A stretch of 31,075 nucleotides of DNA from a virus (lineage: Duplodnaviria; Caudoviricetes). The notes under the pieces are model-generated. The model was given only the letters and a program-made list of their open reading frames with translations, was not told the origin of the DNA and searched no databases. This document shows positions 1-9,581 of this stretch, in pieces. Position 1 is the first letter of the stretch, and each line of letters begins with the position of its first letter. The stretch is from IMG/VR virus record IMGVR_UViG_3300042564_000331, positions 1 to 31,075 of that record. One strand, written 5' to 3'. The position numbers and the translations under genes were made by a program.

Positions 1-621
1 GAAGCAGTTCGTGCAGAACTCGAAGAGCAGTTTGAAGCTGATCTTAACGAGCAGGTTGAAGCTATTGTAGAAGACCTTACCGACAAAGTTGATTCATATC
101 TTGACTACGTAGTTGAGAACTGGATGAAAGAAAACGAAGTCGCTCTTGAGTCTGGTTATAAGGTTGAAGTTGCTGAATCAATTCTTGCTGGTCTTAAGTC
201 GCTTGTTGAAGACCACAACATTGAGATTGAAGACGAAGAGCTTGAAGCAATTGCTGCAATGGAAGAGCAAGTCGCTGAGTCAACCGCTAAGTACAACGCA
301 CTATTTGAAGAGCTTCTTGCAGAACGTGCAGAGAAGGAAGAGCTTCAGAAGAATGCTGCTCTCTCACACTTCACCGAAGGTATGGTAGCTACTGACGCAG
401 AGCGTTTTAAAGTTCTAGCTGAAGGTGTTTCTTACGAGTCAGTTGATGACTTTGCAAAGAAGCTTGAGACAATCAAAGAATCATACTTCACTGAGCAAGT
501 TGTTCGTGCAGAAGATCAAGCAGAAGTCCTTGAGGAAGAAGTAGAAGAAGTAAAAGCTCCTACGCTCGATCCTTCGGTTTCGGCTTATGTCGCATCGCTA
601 AACAAATTTAGTAAATCTTAA
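1..621 (+). CDS. gp22: Prohead core scaffold protein (5'-truncated by window edge)
   Basis: Frame is open from base 1 (EAVRAELEEQ...KVDSYLDYVVENWMKENEVALESG), acidic and coiled-coil, with the YLDYVVE-W-EN motif typical of gp22; directly upstream of gp23. Confidence 0.9.
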   Translation, partial: EAVRAELEEQFEADLNEQVEAIVEDLTDKVDSYLDYVVENWMKENEVALESGYKVEVAESILAGLKSLVEDHNIEIEDEELEAIAAMEEQVAESTAKYNALFEELLAERAEKEELQKNAALSHFTEGMVATDAERFKVLAEGVSYESVDDFAKKLETIKESYFTEQVVRAEDQAEVLEEEVEEVKAPTLDPSVSAYVASLNKFSKS

Positions 622-625
622 TTTA

Positions 626-633
626 TATAAATA
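626..633 (+). promoter_or_regulatory. T4-type late promoter (gp55-dependent) for gp23
   Basis: Exact TATAAATA in the intergenic gap upstream of the AAGGAG RBS of gp23. Confidence 0.9.
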
Positions 634-668
634 TACTAGATTAAATCCATCAAAGGAGATCATAAAAA

Positions 669-1952
669 ATGAGAAACGAAGAACTATTGAAGAAGTGGGG
701 CCCTGTGCTTGAGCACACTGCTCTTCCATCGATCAAGGATGCGCATCGTAAAGCTGTTACTGCTCAGCTTCTCGAGAACACCGAAGTCGCTATCAAGGAA
801 GGTCAGACATTTGGTTCCGGTTCTTTCCTAACAGAAACCCCAGTAAACAACACTGGCGTTGCTGCAAACTACGATCCAGTGCTTATTAGCCTTGTTCGTC
901 GTGCAATGCCTAACTTGATCGCATACGATATCGCTGGCGTTCAGCCAATGACTGGCCCAACCGGCTTGATCTTCGCGATGCGTTCGAACTACGCTAACAC
1001 CACTGCTGCAACCGCAGAAGCTTTCTACGGTGAAGCTGACACTGACTTCTCAGGCACCGGCACAATGGCTGGTTCAACTGGTAACGCAGCTACTGCAAAC
1101 ACCGGTACTGGTATGTCAACCTCAGCTGCTGAAGCTCTTGGCGACGGTGCAGGTACTGACTTCGCACAAATGTCATTCGACATCTCGAAGGTTTCGGTTA
1201 CTGCTAAGAGTCGCGCGCTTAAAGCAGAATACACCAGTGAACTTGCACAAGACTTGAAAGCAATTCACGGTCTTGACGCTGAGACTGAACTTGCAAACAT
1301 GCTTCAGGCTGAGCTTCTTGCAGAAATCAACCGTGAAGTTGTTCGCACAGTCTACAACACTGCAGTCACCGGTGCACAAACTGGTACCGCTACCGCTGGT
1401 ATCTTCGACCTTGACGTTGACGCAAATGGCCGCTGGTCAGTTGAGAAGTTCAAGGGTCTTATGTTCCAGATCGAGCGCGAAGCTAACCAGCTCGCAAAAG
1501 ACACCCGTCGTGGTAAGGGTAACATCATCATCTGCTCGTCAGATGTTGCATCTGCTCTTCAAATGGCTGGTATCCTTGACTACACCCCAGCTCTTAACAG
1601 CAACGCTCTTAACGTAGACGACACTGGCAACACCTTCGCTGGTGTTCTTAACGGTCGCTTCCGTGTATACATCGACCCATATGCTGGTGCAAACTACATG
1701 GTCGTTGGTTACAAAGGTTCTTCACCTTTCGACGCTGGTATGTTCTACTGCCCATATGTTCCACTACAGATGGTACGCGCAGTCGGTGAGAACAGCTTCC
1801 AGGCTAAAATCGGCTTCAAAACCCGCTACGGCATGGTTGCTAACCCATTCGCAAAAGGTTCAACCAAGTGGGTTGACGGCGATGGTGACTCCGGTCTCAC
1901 CGCTAACTCGAACAAGTACTACCGCCGCGTTCGTGTTACCAACATTCTCTAA
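669..1952 (+). CDS. gp23: Major capsid protein
   Basis: DPVLISLVRRAMPNLIAYDIAGVQPMTGPTGLIFAMR, KSRALKAEY, FYCPYVPLQMVR and KIGFKTRYG motifs of T4-like gp23; strongly biased codon usage. Confidence 0.98.
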   Translation: MRNEELLKKWGPVLEHTALPSIKDAHRKAVTAQLLENTEVAIKEGQTFGSGSFLTETPVNNTGVAANYDPVLISLVRRAMPNLIAYDIAGVQPMTGPTGLIFAMRSNYANTTAATAEAFYGEADTDFSGTGTMAGSTGNAATANTGTGMSTSAAEALGDGAGTDFAQMSFDISKVSVTAKSRALKAEYTSELAQDLKAIHGLDAETELANMLQAELLAEINREVVRTVYNTAVTGAQTGTATAGIFDLDVDANGRWSVEKFKGLMFQIEREANQLAKDTRRGKGNIIICSSDVASALQMAGILDYTPALNSNALNVDDTGNTFAGVLNGRFRVYIDPYAGANYMVVGYKGSSPFDAGMFYCPYVPLQMVRAVGENSFQAKIGFKTRYGMVANPFAKGSTKWVDGDGDSGLTANSNKYYRRVRVTNIL

Positions 1953-1981
1953 TAAAAAGAGTAGGGATAACCTACCAGAAC

Positions 1982-2010
1982 TGGGAGCCTTCGGGCTCCC
2001 ATTTTCGTTT
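1982..2010 (+). terminator. Rho-independent terminator after gp23
   Basis: TGGGAGCC-TTCG-GGCTCCCA stem-loop (cUUCGg) followed by TTTTCGTTT. Confidence 0.9.
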
Positions 2011-2014
2011 GTAC

Positions 2015-2022
2015 TATAAATA
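2015..2022 (+). promoter_or_regulatory. Late promoter for gp3
   Basis: Exact TATAAATA upstream of GAGG RBS. Confidence 0.85.
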
Positions 2023-2047
2023 TAGTAGGCATTAACTGAGGTAATTC

Positions 2048-2539
2048 ATGCAACAGAATTTTCTTTCTCCTACTGGGTTTAGATTCATAGTCAAAAGACT
2101 GCCAAACGTTTCGTTCTATGTACAGTCTGCGAGTATTCCAGGTATTAACATGGGATTCACTCCAACTGCAACTCCGTTTAAAACTCTTAAATCAGCTGGT
2201 GATAAACTCAATCATGAGTCATTTTCTATTACCATACGTGTAGATGAATATATGGAATCATACAATGAGATATATAACTGGATGGTTGCACTTACAAAGA
2301 ATGAATCGTATTCGCAGTTCGCAGATCTAAAGGCGAGTGAATATGGTTTGTACTCAGACGCTTCTCTAGTTGTTCTAAATAGTCGTCAGAATCCTGCTTT
2401 AGAAGTTACTCTTAAAGATGTGTTTCCAATATCCCTCAGTGAAATTCGATTTGATACAACTCAATCAAGTATCAACTACGTTACCTGTGATATCACATTC
2501 GAACACAACGGACATACAGTGAACCGAATCAACAGTTGA
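2048..2539 (+). CDS. gp3: Tail completion / tail tube terminator protein (gp3-like)
   Basis: N-terminal NFLSPTGFRF...LPNVSFYVQSASIPG and late FP-SLS-I-FD motifs; conserved gp23-gp3-uvsY-uvsW synteny of T4-like phages. Confidence 0.8.
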   Translation: MQQNFLSPTGFRFIVKRLPNVSFYVQSASIPGINMGFTPTATPFKTLKSAGDKLNHESFSITIRVDEYMESYNEIYNWMVALTKNESYSQFADLKASEYGLYSDASLVVLNSRQNPALEVTLKDVFPISLSEIRFDTTQSSINYVTCDITFEHNGHTVNRINS

Positions 2540-2564
2540 CATTTTCCATTACCTGTGATATTAT
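2536..2564 (+). promoter_or_regulatory. Sigma70-type promoter for uvsY/uvsW
   Basis: TTGACA(2536)-N17-TATTAT(2559) with extended -10 TG. Confidence 0.75.
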
Positions 2565-2591
2565 TGATGAAAAGCTGTGAAGGAGAAGATG

Positions 2592-3026
2592 ATGGATATC
2601 GAAACGTTGTTCAAGGAGTGGGGTAAAGATGGTGAGATCGATCAAGCGAACATCTCAAAGTCGACTACAGACATCCCGAAGCTTCACAATAAATACTTCA
2701 GATGGTATGTAGAAGAAGGTCTAAAGCTAAAGAAGCTCAAGGCTGAATACAAAGTTCTCTATAAACGCAAGGGCGAATGGTACCGCGGAGAACTTGACGA
2801 TGAAGAACTCAAAGAGCACGGTTGGAAGCCACAGCCACTCAAGATTCTTCGCGCGGACGTGCCATCATATCTCGAAGCCGATGTCGACGTTATTAAGTTG
2901 TCGCTAAAGATCGGTCTACAAGAAGAGATTGTAGCATATCTCGAATCAATCATTAAACATATTAGTAATAGAAACTTCCTTTTGAAAACTATCGTAGATT
3001 GGGAGAAGTTTAGAACAGGCGCATAA
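2592..3026 (+). CDS. uvsY: Recombination mediator protein UvsY
   Basis: IPKLHNKY, YLEAD and I-NRNF-LK-IVDWEKF-G motifs; AGGAG RBS at 2581 favours start at 2589/2592. Confidence 0.9.
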   Translation: MDIETLFKEWGKDGEIDQANISKSTTDIPKLHNKYFRWYVEEGLKLKKLKAEYKVLYKRKGEWYRGELDDEELKEHGWKPQPLKILRADVPSYLEADVDVIKLSLKIGLQEEIVAYLESIIKHISNRNFLLKTIVDWEKFRTGA

Positions 3027-4483
3027 TGGATTTAGTAACTATTGAGAAGGTGAATGAAGTATTTGTACGCGTACAAGCAGAACCTTCATTAAAAATGGAA
3101 ATGTCTGAACACTTTACATTTGAAGTGCCAGGCGCTAAGTTTATGCCAGCAGTCAGAAACAAAGTTTGGGATGGAAAAGTCCGACTATTGAATACTATGA
3201 CCGGTTATATCTACGCAGGTCTAGTTCCATACATTAAGAGATTTTGCGATCAGCGTGGGTATGAATGTTCTATAGCAAAGGAACTTAGTGAGACAGAAGC
3301 TGTTCCAGACGATTATGGTTACGACTTAGCTCAGCAAGTAGATGCTGCCTTTGAAGTTCGCGATTACCAAAACGACGCTATTGTACATGCCATTCATCAA
3401 AATCGTGCCTTGTTTTTATCGCCAACTGCGTCGGGTAAGTCGTTCATCATCTATCTCATTATGGCCCATCATCTTATGCTTGACCGTAAGATTCTTGTCG
3501 TAGTCCCAACTACTTCTCTTGTAGATCAAATGGCTTCAGACTTTGTTGAGTACAATAAAGGGAAGAAGTTAGATATTCATAAGATTCGTGGCGGGATGGA
3601 AAAGAATGTTGGTGCAGAGATCACAATCACTACTTGGCAATCAGTCTATAAGATGCCGAAGGCATTCTTTGAGAAGTTTGATGTAGTCTTTGGAGATGAA
3701 GCCCATAACTTTAAGGCAAAGTCCTTAACATCTATCCTTGAAAAGATGCCTCATGTAAAGTACCGTTACGGGCTCACGGGCACGCTCGATGGCACGCAGA
3801 CCCACAAGCTCGTGCTCGAGGGTTTATTTGGAACAGTTTTCACTGTTACTAAGACAAAGAAACTGATTGATGATAATGTTCTTGCTAGTTTCAAAATTAA
3901 GGCGTTAGTTCTTAAATATCCAGATGATATCAAGAAAGCAAATAAAGGTAAGTCCTATCAAGAAGAGATTGATTGGATCGTTCGAAATCAATCACGAAAC
4001 ATGTTCATTCGTAATCTAGCTTGGAACCTTCCTGGCAACACACTCATTCTTTTTCAATATGTCGACAAACATGGCCAAGCGTTGTTTGATATGCTGAATA
4101 AGTCTGAAGAACATAACGTGTACTTTGTTCATGGTGGTGTAAAAACCGATGAACGGGAAACGATACGCCATGATGTGAGAAAGACAAAGGGCAACATCAT
4201 CTGTGCTTCTTACGGCACGTTTTCAACAGGTATAAATATTCCAGAGTTGGACAACCTTATCTTTGCTTCTCCTTCTAAAGGCCGTATCCGAAATCTTCAG
4301 TCTATCGGACGTGTACTTCGCAAAGGCAAAGACAAATCATCAGCAGTACTATACGATGTGGTTGACGACTTACAGTGGAAGAATACTCAAAACTTTGCAG
4401 TCAAACACTTCATGGAAAGAGTTAAGATCTATAGTGAAGAAGGTTTTGAATTTAAGATCTATAACGTAGATGTGAAAGGATGA
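3026..4483 (+). CDS. uvsW: SF2 DNA helicase UvsW
   Basis: WDGKVRL, SPTASGKS (Walker A), DEAH, GLTGT, STGINI and QSIGRVLR motifs. Confidence 0.96.
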   Translation: MDLVTIEKVNEVFVRVQAEPSLKMEMSEHFTFEVPGAKFMPAVRNKVWDGKVRLLNTMTGYIYAGLVPYIKRFCDQRGYECSIAKELSETEAVPDDYGYDLAQQVDAAFEVRDYQNDAIVHAIHQNRALFLSPTASGKSFIIYLIMAHHLMLDRKILVVVPTTSLVDQMASDFVEYNKGKKLDIHKIRGGMEKNVGAEITITTWQSVYKMPKAFFEKFDVVFGDEAHNFKAKSLTSILEKMPHVKYRYGLTGTLDGTQTHKLVLEGLFGTVFTVTKTKKLIDDNVLASFKIKALVLKYPDDIKKANKGKSYQEEIDWIVRNQSRNMFIRNLAWNLPGNTLILFQYVDKHGQALFDMLNKSEEHNVYFVHGGVKTDERETIRHDVRKTKGNIICASYGTFSTGINIPELDNLIFASPSKGRIRNLQSIGRVLRKGKDKSSAVLYDVVDDLQWKNTQNFAVKHFMERVKIYSEEGFEFKIYNVDVKG

Positions 4484-4851
4484 ACATGAAAGATCAAGTT
4501 TTACACCACGTCAAGTTAAAGAACGGCGAAGATCTTCTTTCGTTCGTAAATTACAATGGCAACCAAGTAGAGTTGCATGCTCCCATATCAGTACAGATTG
4601 ATCCATCTCTTGGTTTATTTGCGAAGAGTTGGTTGTTGCTCACTGAAGGCAATAGTATCATGATATCTACAGACTTTGTAATCTTTGCAAGCAAAGCCTC
4701 TGGCAAAGCAGTAGACTATTATGAAGAGTTTATGCACCGTATTCATGAGAGATCACAGATCAAACAGATGGAAGAAGACTCAGAGTTTACTTCTGAACTC
4801 GAAGAGTTATTTGCAGCCTTAGTAGAATCCAGAACAGCTACTAAGAACTAA
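4480..4851 (+). CDS. Conserved hypothetical protein between uvsW and gp55 (possible Sm-like fold)
   Basis: ATGA overlap with uvsW; VKLKNGEDL beta-strand motif seen in the gene at this position in T4-like phages. Confidence 0.65.
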   Translation: MNMKDQVLHHVKLKNGEDLLSFVNYNGNQVELHAPISVQIDPSLGLFAKSWLLLTEGNSIMISTDFVIFASKASGKAVDYYEEFMHRIHERSQIKQMEEDSEFTSELEELFAALVESRTATKN

Positions 4852-4871
4852 TATTTCAATACCATAAATTC

Positions 4872-4899
4872 ATTATACTCACTTCTACATAAATGTCAA
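4872..4899 (-). promoter_or_regulatory. Antisense sigma70-type promoter, divergent from the gp55 promoter
   Basis: Minus strand reads TTGACA(4899-4894)-N16-TATAAT(4877-4872). Confidence 0.55.
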
Positions 4900-4925
4900 C
4901 CAAAAAGTTGAAAGAAAAAGACTTG

Positions 4926-4954
4926 TTGACATTTTTGTATGTTTGTGGTATACT
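4926..4954 (+). promoter_or_regulatory. Sigma70-type promoter for gp55
   Basis: TTGACA(4926)-N17-TATACT(4949), extended -10 TG, upstream A-tracts. Confidence 0.85.
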
Positions 4955-4983
4955 CAATCAATAACACATGAAAAGGAGGGAGA

Positions 4984-5544
4984 ATGACCCTTACGCCGAG
5001 AAAGAAGCGGAACTACGTCAACAACGCCGAGTTCCTTGAAGCCATGATCAAGTACAAAAAGGCTGTACGAGAAGCAGAGGACAGTGGAGAAGAACCTCCA
5101 CGCATTCCAAACTATATTGGTGAATGCCTCTATCAGATCGCTAACCGATTAGCATACAAACCAAACTTCATTAACTACACCTATCGTGATGACATGATTG
5201 CCGACGGCTTAGAAAACGCTATCATGTGTGTGAACAATTTTGATCCAGAGAAGTCGAGCAATCCATTTGCGTACTTTACTCAGGTCATTTGGTTCGCATT
5301 CATCCGTCGTATCCATAAGGAAAAGAAGCAAACCTATATCCGCCATAAAGTTATGGAGAATTCACTTATCTCTGATACTGCATTTGAACGTGGTGTCGAT
5401 AGTGACTTCAACGCGGCTTCTATGCGAGAAATGAGTAACGATCGTATGAATGACTTCGTTGAAAAATATGAAGCAAACATTGAGAGCAAAAAGAAACCAG
5501 CCGCTAAGAAAAAAGGGTTGGAGAAGTTCATGGGTGAAGAATGA
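4984..5544 (+). CDS. gp55: Late transcription sigma factor
   Basis: NYVNNAEF, IPNYIGEC, PNFINYTYRDDMI-DG-EN and NPFAYFTQ-IWFAF-RRI-KEKKQ motifs. Confidence 0.97.
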   Translation: MTLTPRKKRNYVNNAEFLEAMIKYKKAVREAEDSGEEPPRIPNYIGECLYQIANRLAYKPNFINYTYRDDMIADGLENAIMCVNNFDPEKSSNPFAYFTQVIWFAFIRRIHKEKKQTYIRHKVMENSLISDTAFERGVDSDFNAASMREMSNDRMNDFVEKYEANIESKKKPAAKKKGLEKFMGEE

Positions 5545-6602
5545 AGGTAGCAGTTATTACTGATCAACACTTCGGTGTTCGAGGTGATAGCATCTTGTTC
5601 CTCGATTATTATGAGAAGTTCTATCGTGAGGTGTTCTTCCCTACACTTGAAGCCCGTGGAATTGATACTGTTCTTGACCTAGGCGATACCTTTGACCGCC
5701 GTAAATACGTTAACTTTGTTACTCTTCGTCGTGCTAAACAGATGTATTTTACTCCTCTTAAGGAGCGTGGCATCACAGTTCATTCTGTAGTAGGTAACCA
5801 TACTACCTATTTTAAGAATACGAACGAAATCAATACAATGGAACTACTACTCAAGGAGTACGACAATTACCATGTTTACACTCATGAGCCGGTTACTGTT
5901 ACTCTTGGAAGTTGCGATATTCTGCTATCGCCTTGGATCTGCCCAAGCAACGCAGAAGTTTCTTTCAAAACTTTTAAGGAAACCACCGCAAAAGTAGTAA
6001 TGGGTCACTTCGAGTTTGCTGGATTCGAGATGATGAAAGGTCAAGTATCTGATCATGGTATTGACCGAAGCGAGTTCAAGAAATTCCTTTCTGTTTACTC
6101 CGGCCACTACCATCACCCATCGAGTCACGAGAACATCACGTATCTTGGTGCACCATACGAAATGACGTGGACAGACTACGCAGGTAAGCGTGGATTCCAT
6201 ATCTTTGACACTGAGACTCTCGAGATGGAGTTCATTGCTAACCCATTCTCTATCTTCCATAAACTCGACTACGATGACGCAGACCTCACCGTAGAAGATA
6301 TTGAGTCCCTCGATGTTTCTATGTTGACATCTGCGTACGTTAAGGTTATAGTTAAAAAGAAGAACAATCCATACATCTTCGACTTGTTTATAGACAAGTT
6401 GCAGTCTGCCGGTGCTGCTGACATCAAAGTTGTTGAAGACCATTTGAACTTTGACATCATAGACGAAGGTGAACTTGTAGATGAAGCACAAGACACTTTG
6501 TCTCTACTTCGTGTGTATGTAGATAGTCTCGAAGTCAAAACAAACAAAGAACGAATCAACACGTTTTTGCGTGATCTTTACCAGGAAGCAGTGAGTCTTT
6601 AA
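5541..6602 (+). CDS. gp47: Recombination endonuclease subunit (Mre11/SbcD-like)
   Basis: Metallophosphoesterase motifs TDQHFG, LGDTFDRRK, VGNH, GH and SGHYH. Confidence 0.95.
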   Translation: MKVAVITDQHFGVRGDSILFLDYYEKFYREVFFPTLEARGIDTVLDLGDTFDRRKYVNFVTLRRAKQMYFTPLKERGITVHSVVGNHTTYFKNTNEINTMELLLKEYDNYHVYTHEPVTVTLGSCDILLSPWICPSNAEVSFKTFKETTAKVVMGHFEFAGFEMMKGQVSDHGIDRSEFKKFLSVYSGHYHHPSSHENITYLGAPYEMTWTDYAGKRGFHIFDTETLEMEFIANPFSIFHKLDYDDADLTVEDIESLDVSMLTSAYVKVIVKKKNNPYIFDLFIDKLQSAGAADIKVVEDHLNFDIIDEGELVDEAQDTLSLLRVYVDSLEVKTNKERINTFLRDLYQEAVSL

Positions 6603-8311
6603 TGTTAACATTTACCCAAGTAAAATACAAAAACATTCTATCGACAGGTAATGCTTGGACTACTATTGAGCTCAACCGTAACAAAAGTACTTTGATCGTT
6701 GGCGAGAATGGTGCAGGAAAGTCAACCATTCTCGATGCAATTTCGTTTGCGTTGTACGGTAAAGCATTCCGTAAGATCAACAAACCTCAGTTGATGAACT
6801 CTATCAACCAGAGAGATCTTTCTGTTGAAGTTTACTTTAACTCGAATGGTGCTGAGTTCATTATCAAGCGTGGGATGAAGCCAAATCTCTTTGAGATCTG
6901 GAAGAACGGTGAGTTACTCAACCAAGATGCATCTGCTCGTGACTACCAAGCTTATCTTGAAGATAACATTCTCAAGATGAACTACAAGTCATTTGGTCAA
7001 GTTGTTGTCCTTGGTAGTTCTACGTTTGTCCCCTTCATGCAACTTCCGGCTCAACACCGTCGTGAGGTGATCGAAGACCTTCTTGATATTCAGATCTTCA
7101 GTACAATGAATAACCTTCTCAAAGAAAAGGTGAACACAAACAAAGCTGACCTGATGCAGATCAAATACGATGTTGATCTTGTAAAGACAAAAATCGATTC
7201 TGCGAAAGAACATAACGAGTCTATTCGTAAACTCAAGGAAAGTGAAGTAACTCGTATTAAAGATAAGATGCGAGAACGTATCGAGTTTATCGAAGGCGAA
7301 GAAAGCAGAGCAGAAGAACTCGAAGAGCAAATAACGTCTCTTATCAGTACAGTTTCTGATAAAGCTGAAGCGTCTAGCAAACTTCAGCAGTTTAAGACTC
7401 TCAGAGGCGATCTGAATACGAAGCTTGGTACTCTTCATAAAGATGTCAAGTTTTATCATGCACACGACAATTGTCCTACGTGCCGGCAAGGAATTGAACA
7501 CGACTTTAAAGCATCGACCATCAACGAAAAGTCTGGAAAAATTTCTGAGATCGAAAACGCGATTCTTGTTCTTGACGAAAAGGCAACGAAAGTTGAAGAA
7601 CGGCTGTCGAATATTGCCAATACCGAGACTGAAATACATAAACTCAGTCTCGCACGGAATGAGCACGCTGCAAACATACGAATCGCAAAGTCGACGATCG
7701 TTGGCCTCAAAAATGAACTTGACGAAGCAGAAAAGAACGTGGCTGAAATCGATACGAGTAAGATAGCTTCGTATAAAGAAGAGCTCCGTATTCTTATGGA
7801 AAACGCAAAGATTCTTTCCGAAGACAAAGAGACTCTTGCTGTTGTTGGGTCTATGTTGAAAGATGGTGGTATCAAGACTCGTATCATTAAGCAGTATGTT
7901 CCAATCATGAATAAGTTGATCAATAAATATCTCGCTGCAATGGAGTTCTTTGTTGACTTTCAGCTTGATGAAAGCTTTAACGAGAAGATCTTGTCTCGTT
8001 TCCGTGATGAGTTCTCTTACGCATCCTTCAGTGAAGGTGAGAAGCTTCGTATTGACTTGGCCCTAATGTTCACCTGGAGAGCGGTGTCTAAACTTCGTAA
8101 CTCAGTGACTACGAACCTGTTGATTATGGACGAAGTTCTTGATGGTTCTCTTGACCAAGCTGGTACAGATGAGTTCCTGAAGATCGTCAACGAGATCACT
8201 GCTGACTCGAACGTCTTTATCATTAGCCACAAAGGTGACTCTCTTCACGATAAGTTTGATCATGTGATTAAGTTTGAAAAGAAAAAGAACTTTAGCCAAA
8301 TAGCAGCATGA
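6602..8311 (+). CDS. gp46: Recombination endonuclease ATPase subunit (Rad50/SbcC-like)
   Basis: GENGAGKST, coiled coil with CPTC zinc hook, FSEGEK signature, MDEVLDGSLD and ISH motifs. Confidence 0.97.
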   Translation: MLTFTQVKYKNILSTGNAWTTIELNRNKSTLIVGENGAGKSTILDAISFALYGKAFRKINKPQLMNSINQRDLSVEVYFNSNGAEFIIKRGMKPNLFEIWKNGELLNQDASARDYQAYLEDNILKMNYKSFGQVVVLGSSTFVPFMQLPAQHRREVIEDLLDIQIFSTMNNLLKEKVNTNKADLMQIKYDVDLVKTKIDSAKEHNESIRKLKESEVTRIKDKMRERIEFIEGEESRAEELEEQITSLISTVSDKAEASSKLQQFKTLRGDLNTKLGTLHKDVKFYHAHDNCPTCRQGIEHDFKASTINEKSGKISEIENAILVLDEKATKVEERLSNIANTETEIHKLSLARNEHAANIRIAKSTIVGLKNELDEAEKNVAEIDTSKIASYKEELRILMENAKILSEDKETLAVVGSMLKDGGIKTRIIKQYVPIMNKLINKYLAAMEFFVDFQLDESFNEKILSRFRDEFSYASFSEGEKLRIDLALMFTWRAVSKLRNSVTTNLLIMDEVLDGSLDQAGTDEFLKIVNEITADSNVFIISHKGDSLHDKFDHVIKFEKKKNFSQIAA

Positions 8312-8318
8312 GGGTAGC

Positions 8319-8468
8319 ATGTCGAGGAAACATCTTGAAGAAGAACTCAAAAAAATTGCAGATCGTATTATAGTCCTAGAGTCTGAAAAAGTAGATGAAA
8401 AATATATTAAACCGCTTTATACTGAGCGGTCAAAGATGATTCAAAAATGGCGGGAGACTAATGAATAG
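8319..8468 (+). CDS. Small hypothetical protein (49 aa, helical)
   Basis: Not in ORF track; MSRKHLEEELKKIADRIIVLESEKVDEKYIKPLYTERSKMIQKWRETNE fills the gap, has GAGG upstream and overlaps the next start. Confidence 0.55.
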   Translation: MSRKHLEEELKKIADRIIVLESEKVDEKYIKPLYTERSKMIQKWRETNE

Positions 8469-9162
8469 ATTTATTTTTGATGTTGATGGTACCCTTACGC
8501 CATCACGTACTGTGATTGATCCTATCTTTAAGACTTGGTTTCTACGGTTTTGTTTAGACAATCCAGTTTACATTGTAACCGGTAGTGACAAAGCAAAGAC
8601 CATTGAACAACTTGGAGAAGATGTTTGGAACGCTTGTGCTCGAGTCTATCAATGTTCTGGTAACGATGTATGGGAACGAGATCAAAACATTCGGGTTAAC
8701 GTGTTTGAACCCACTGACGATATGAACAAGTTCTTCTCAATTTGGCTTAACCTAAGTAACTACAAAATAAGAACTGGCCAACATGTCGACGTACGCCCAG
8801 GTTTGATCAACTTTAGTATCGTAGGACGCGGAGCTACGAAAGGTGAACGGGCTGATTATGTAAAATACGATGAAGAGAATGGTGATCGCCGTACTATCGC
8901 TGAAGCATTCAATAACTACTTTAAACCTGGTTATGTTGCTCAAGTGGCAGGTGAGACTGGTATCGATATCATGAGAGCTGGGGAAGATAAGTCTCAGATC
9001 ATTCGTGACTTCACTTCAGGTGATAGACTACACTTCTTTGGCGATAAGATTATGCCTAGCGGTAATGATTACACTCTTGCTGCTGAAGTGATCAAAAGAA
9101 GTGGAAGTGTTTATAGTGTGAGAGATTGGAGAGAGACATGGCATCATCTGAAAAGATCGTAG
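8461..9162 (+). CDS. HAD-superfamily IIB enzyme, eukaryotic-type phosphomannomutase-like
   Basis: FDVDGTLTPSR (motif I), VTGSD, R-GLINFS-VGR and FFGDK---GNDY motifs match the PMM/Sec53 family. Confidence 0.8.
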   Translation: MNRFIFDVDGTLTPSRTVIDPIFKTWFLRFCLDNPVYIVTGSDKAKTIEQLGEDVWNACARVYQCSGNDVWERDQNIRVNVFEPTDDMNKFFSIWLNLSNYKIRTGQHVDVRPGLINFSIVGRGATKGERADYVKYDEENGDRRTIAEAFNNYFKPGYVAQVAGETGIDIMRAGEDKSQIIRDFTSGDRLHFFGDKIMPSGNDYTLAAEVIKRSGSVYSVRDWRETWHHLKRS

Positions 9163-9581
9163 GATTTACTGCATCGACCTTTGACCTCCTTCACGCAGGG
9201 CATATCTCTATGCTCCGAGAAGCAAAGGAACATTGTACATACCTAATTGCAGCTCTACAGGTAGATCCATCTATCGATCGTATAGAAAAGAACAAACCTG
9301 TTCAAACTTTGGTTGAGAGATATGTTCAGTTGTCTGCAGTGAAGTATGTCGATGAGATCGTTTGTTACGTGACAGAGCAAGATTTAGTTGACATTCTTCA
9401 AATGTATGATATAAATGTAAGGATACTCGGTGATGAGTACAAAGACAAAGACTTCACCGGTAAAGACGTGTGCCAAGCTCGTGGAATCGAGCTATATTTC
9501 AACAAACGGGACCATCGCTTCAGTAGCTCTGGTCTACGTAAACGAATTTATGATATGGAGAAACTAAAGAATGTCGACTAA
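9138..9581 (+). CDS. Cytidylyltransferase (TagD / glycerol-3-phosphate CT-like, HxGH family)
   Basis: FTASTFDLLHAGH, ER---L-AVKYVDE and RDHRFSSS motifs. Confidence 0.85.
   Translation: MASSEKIVGFTASTFDLLHAGHISMLREAKEHCTYLIAALQVDPSIDRIEKNKPVQTLVERYVQLSAVKYVDEIVCYVTEQDLVDILQMYDINVRILGDEYKDKDFTGKDVCQARGIELYFNKRDHRFSSSGLRKRIYDMEKLKNVD

Noticed and set aside
4231-4238. TATAAATA inside uvsW (also 19602-19609 inside gp62)
   Set aside because: Explained by conserved Ile-Asn codons (GINI, LINM); could be real internal late promoters but not supportable from sequence alone
5925-7923. Long minus-strand ORFs (e.g. 5925..6491, 6989..7666, 7456..7923) and similar ones elsewhere
   Set aside because: Antisense shadows of well-supported + strand genes, with no RBS or recognisable motifs
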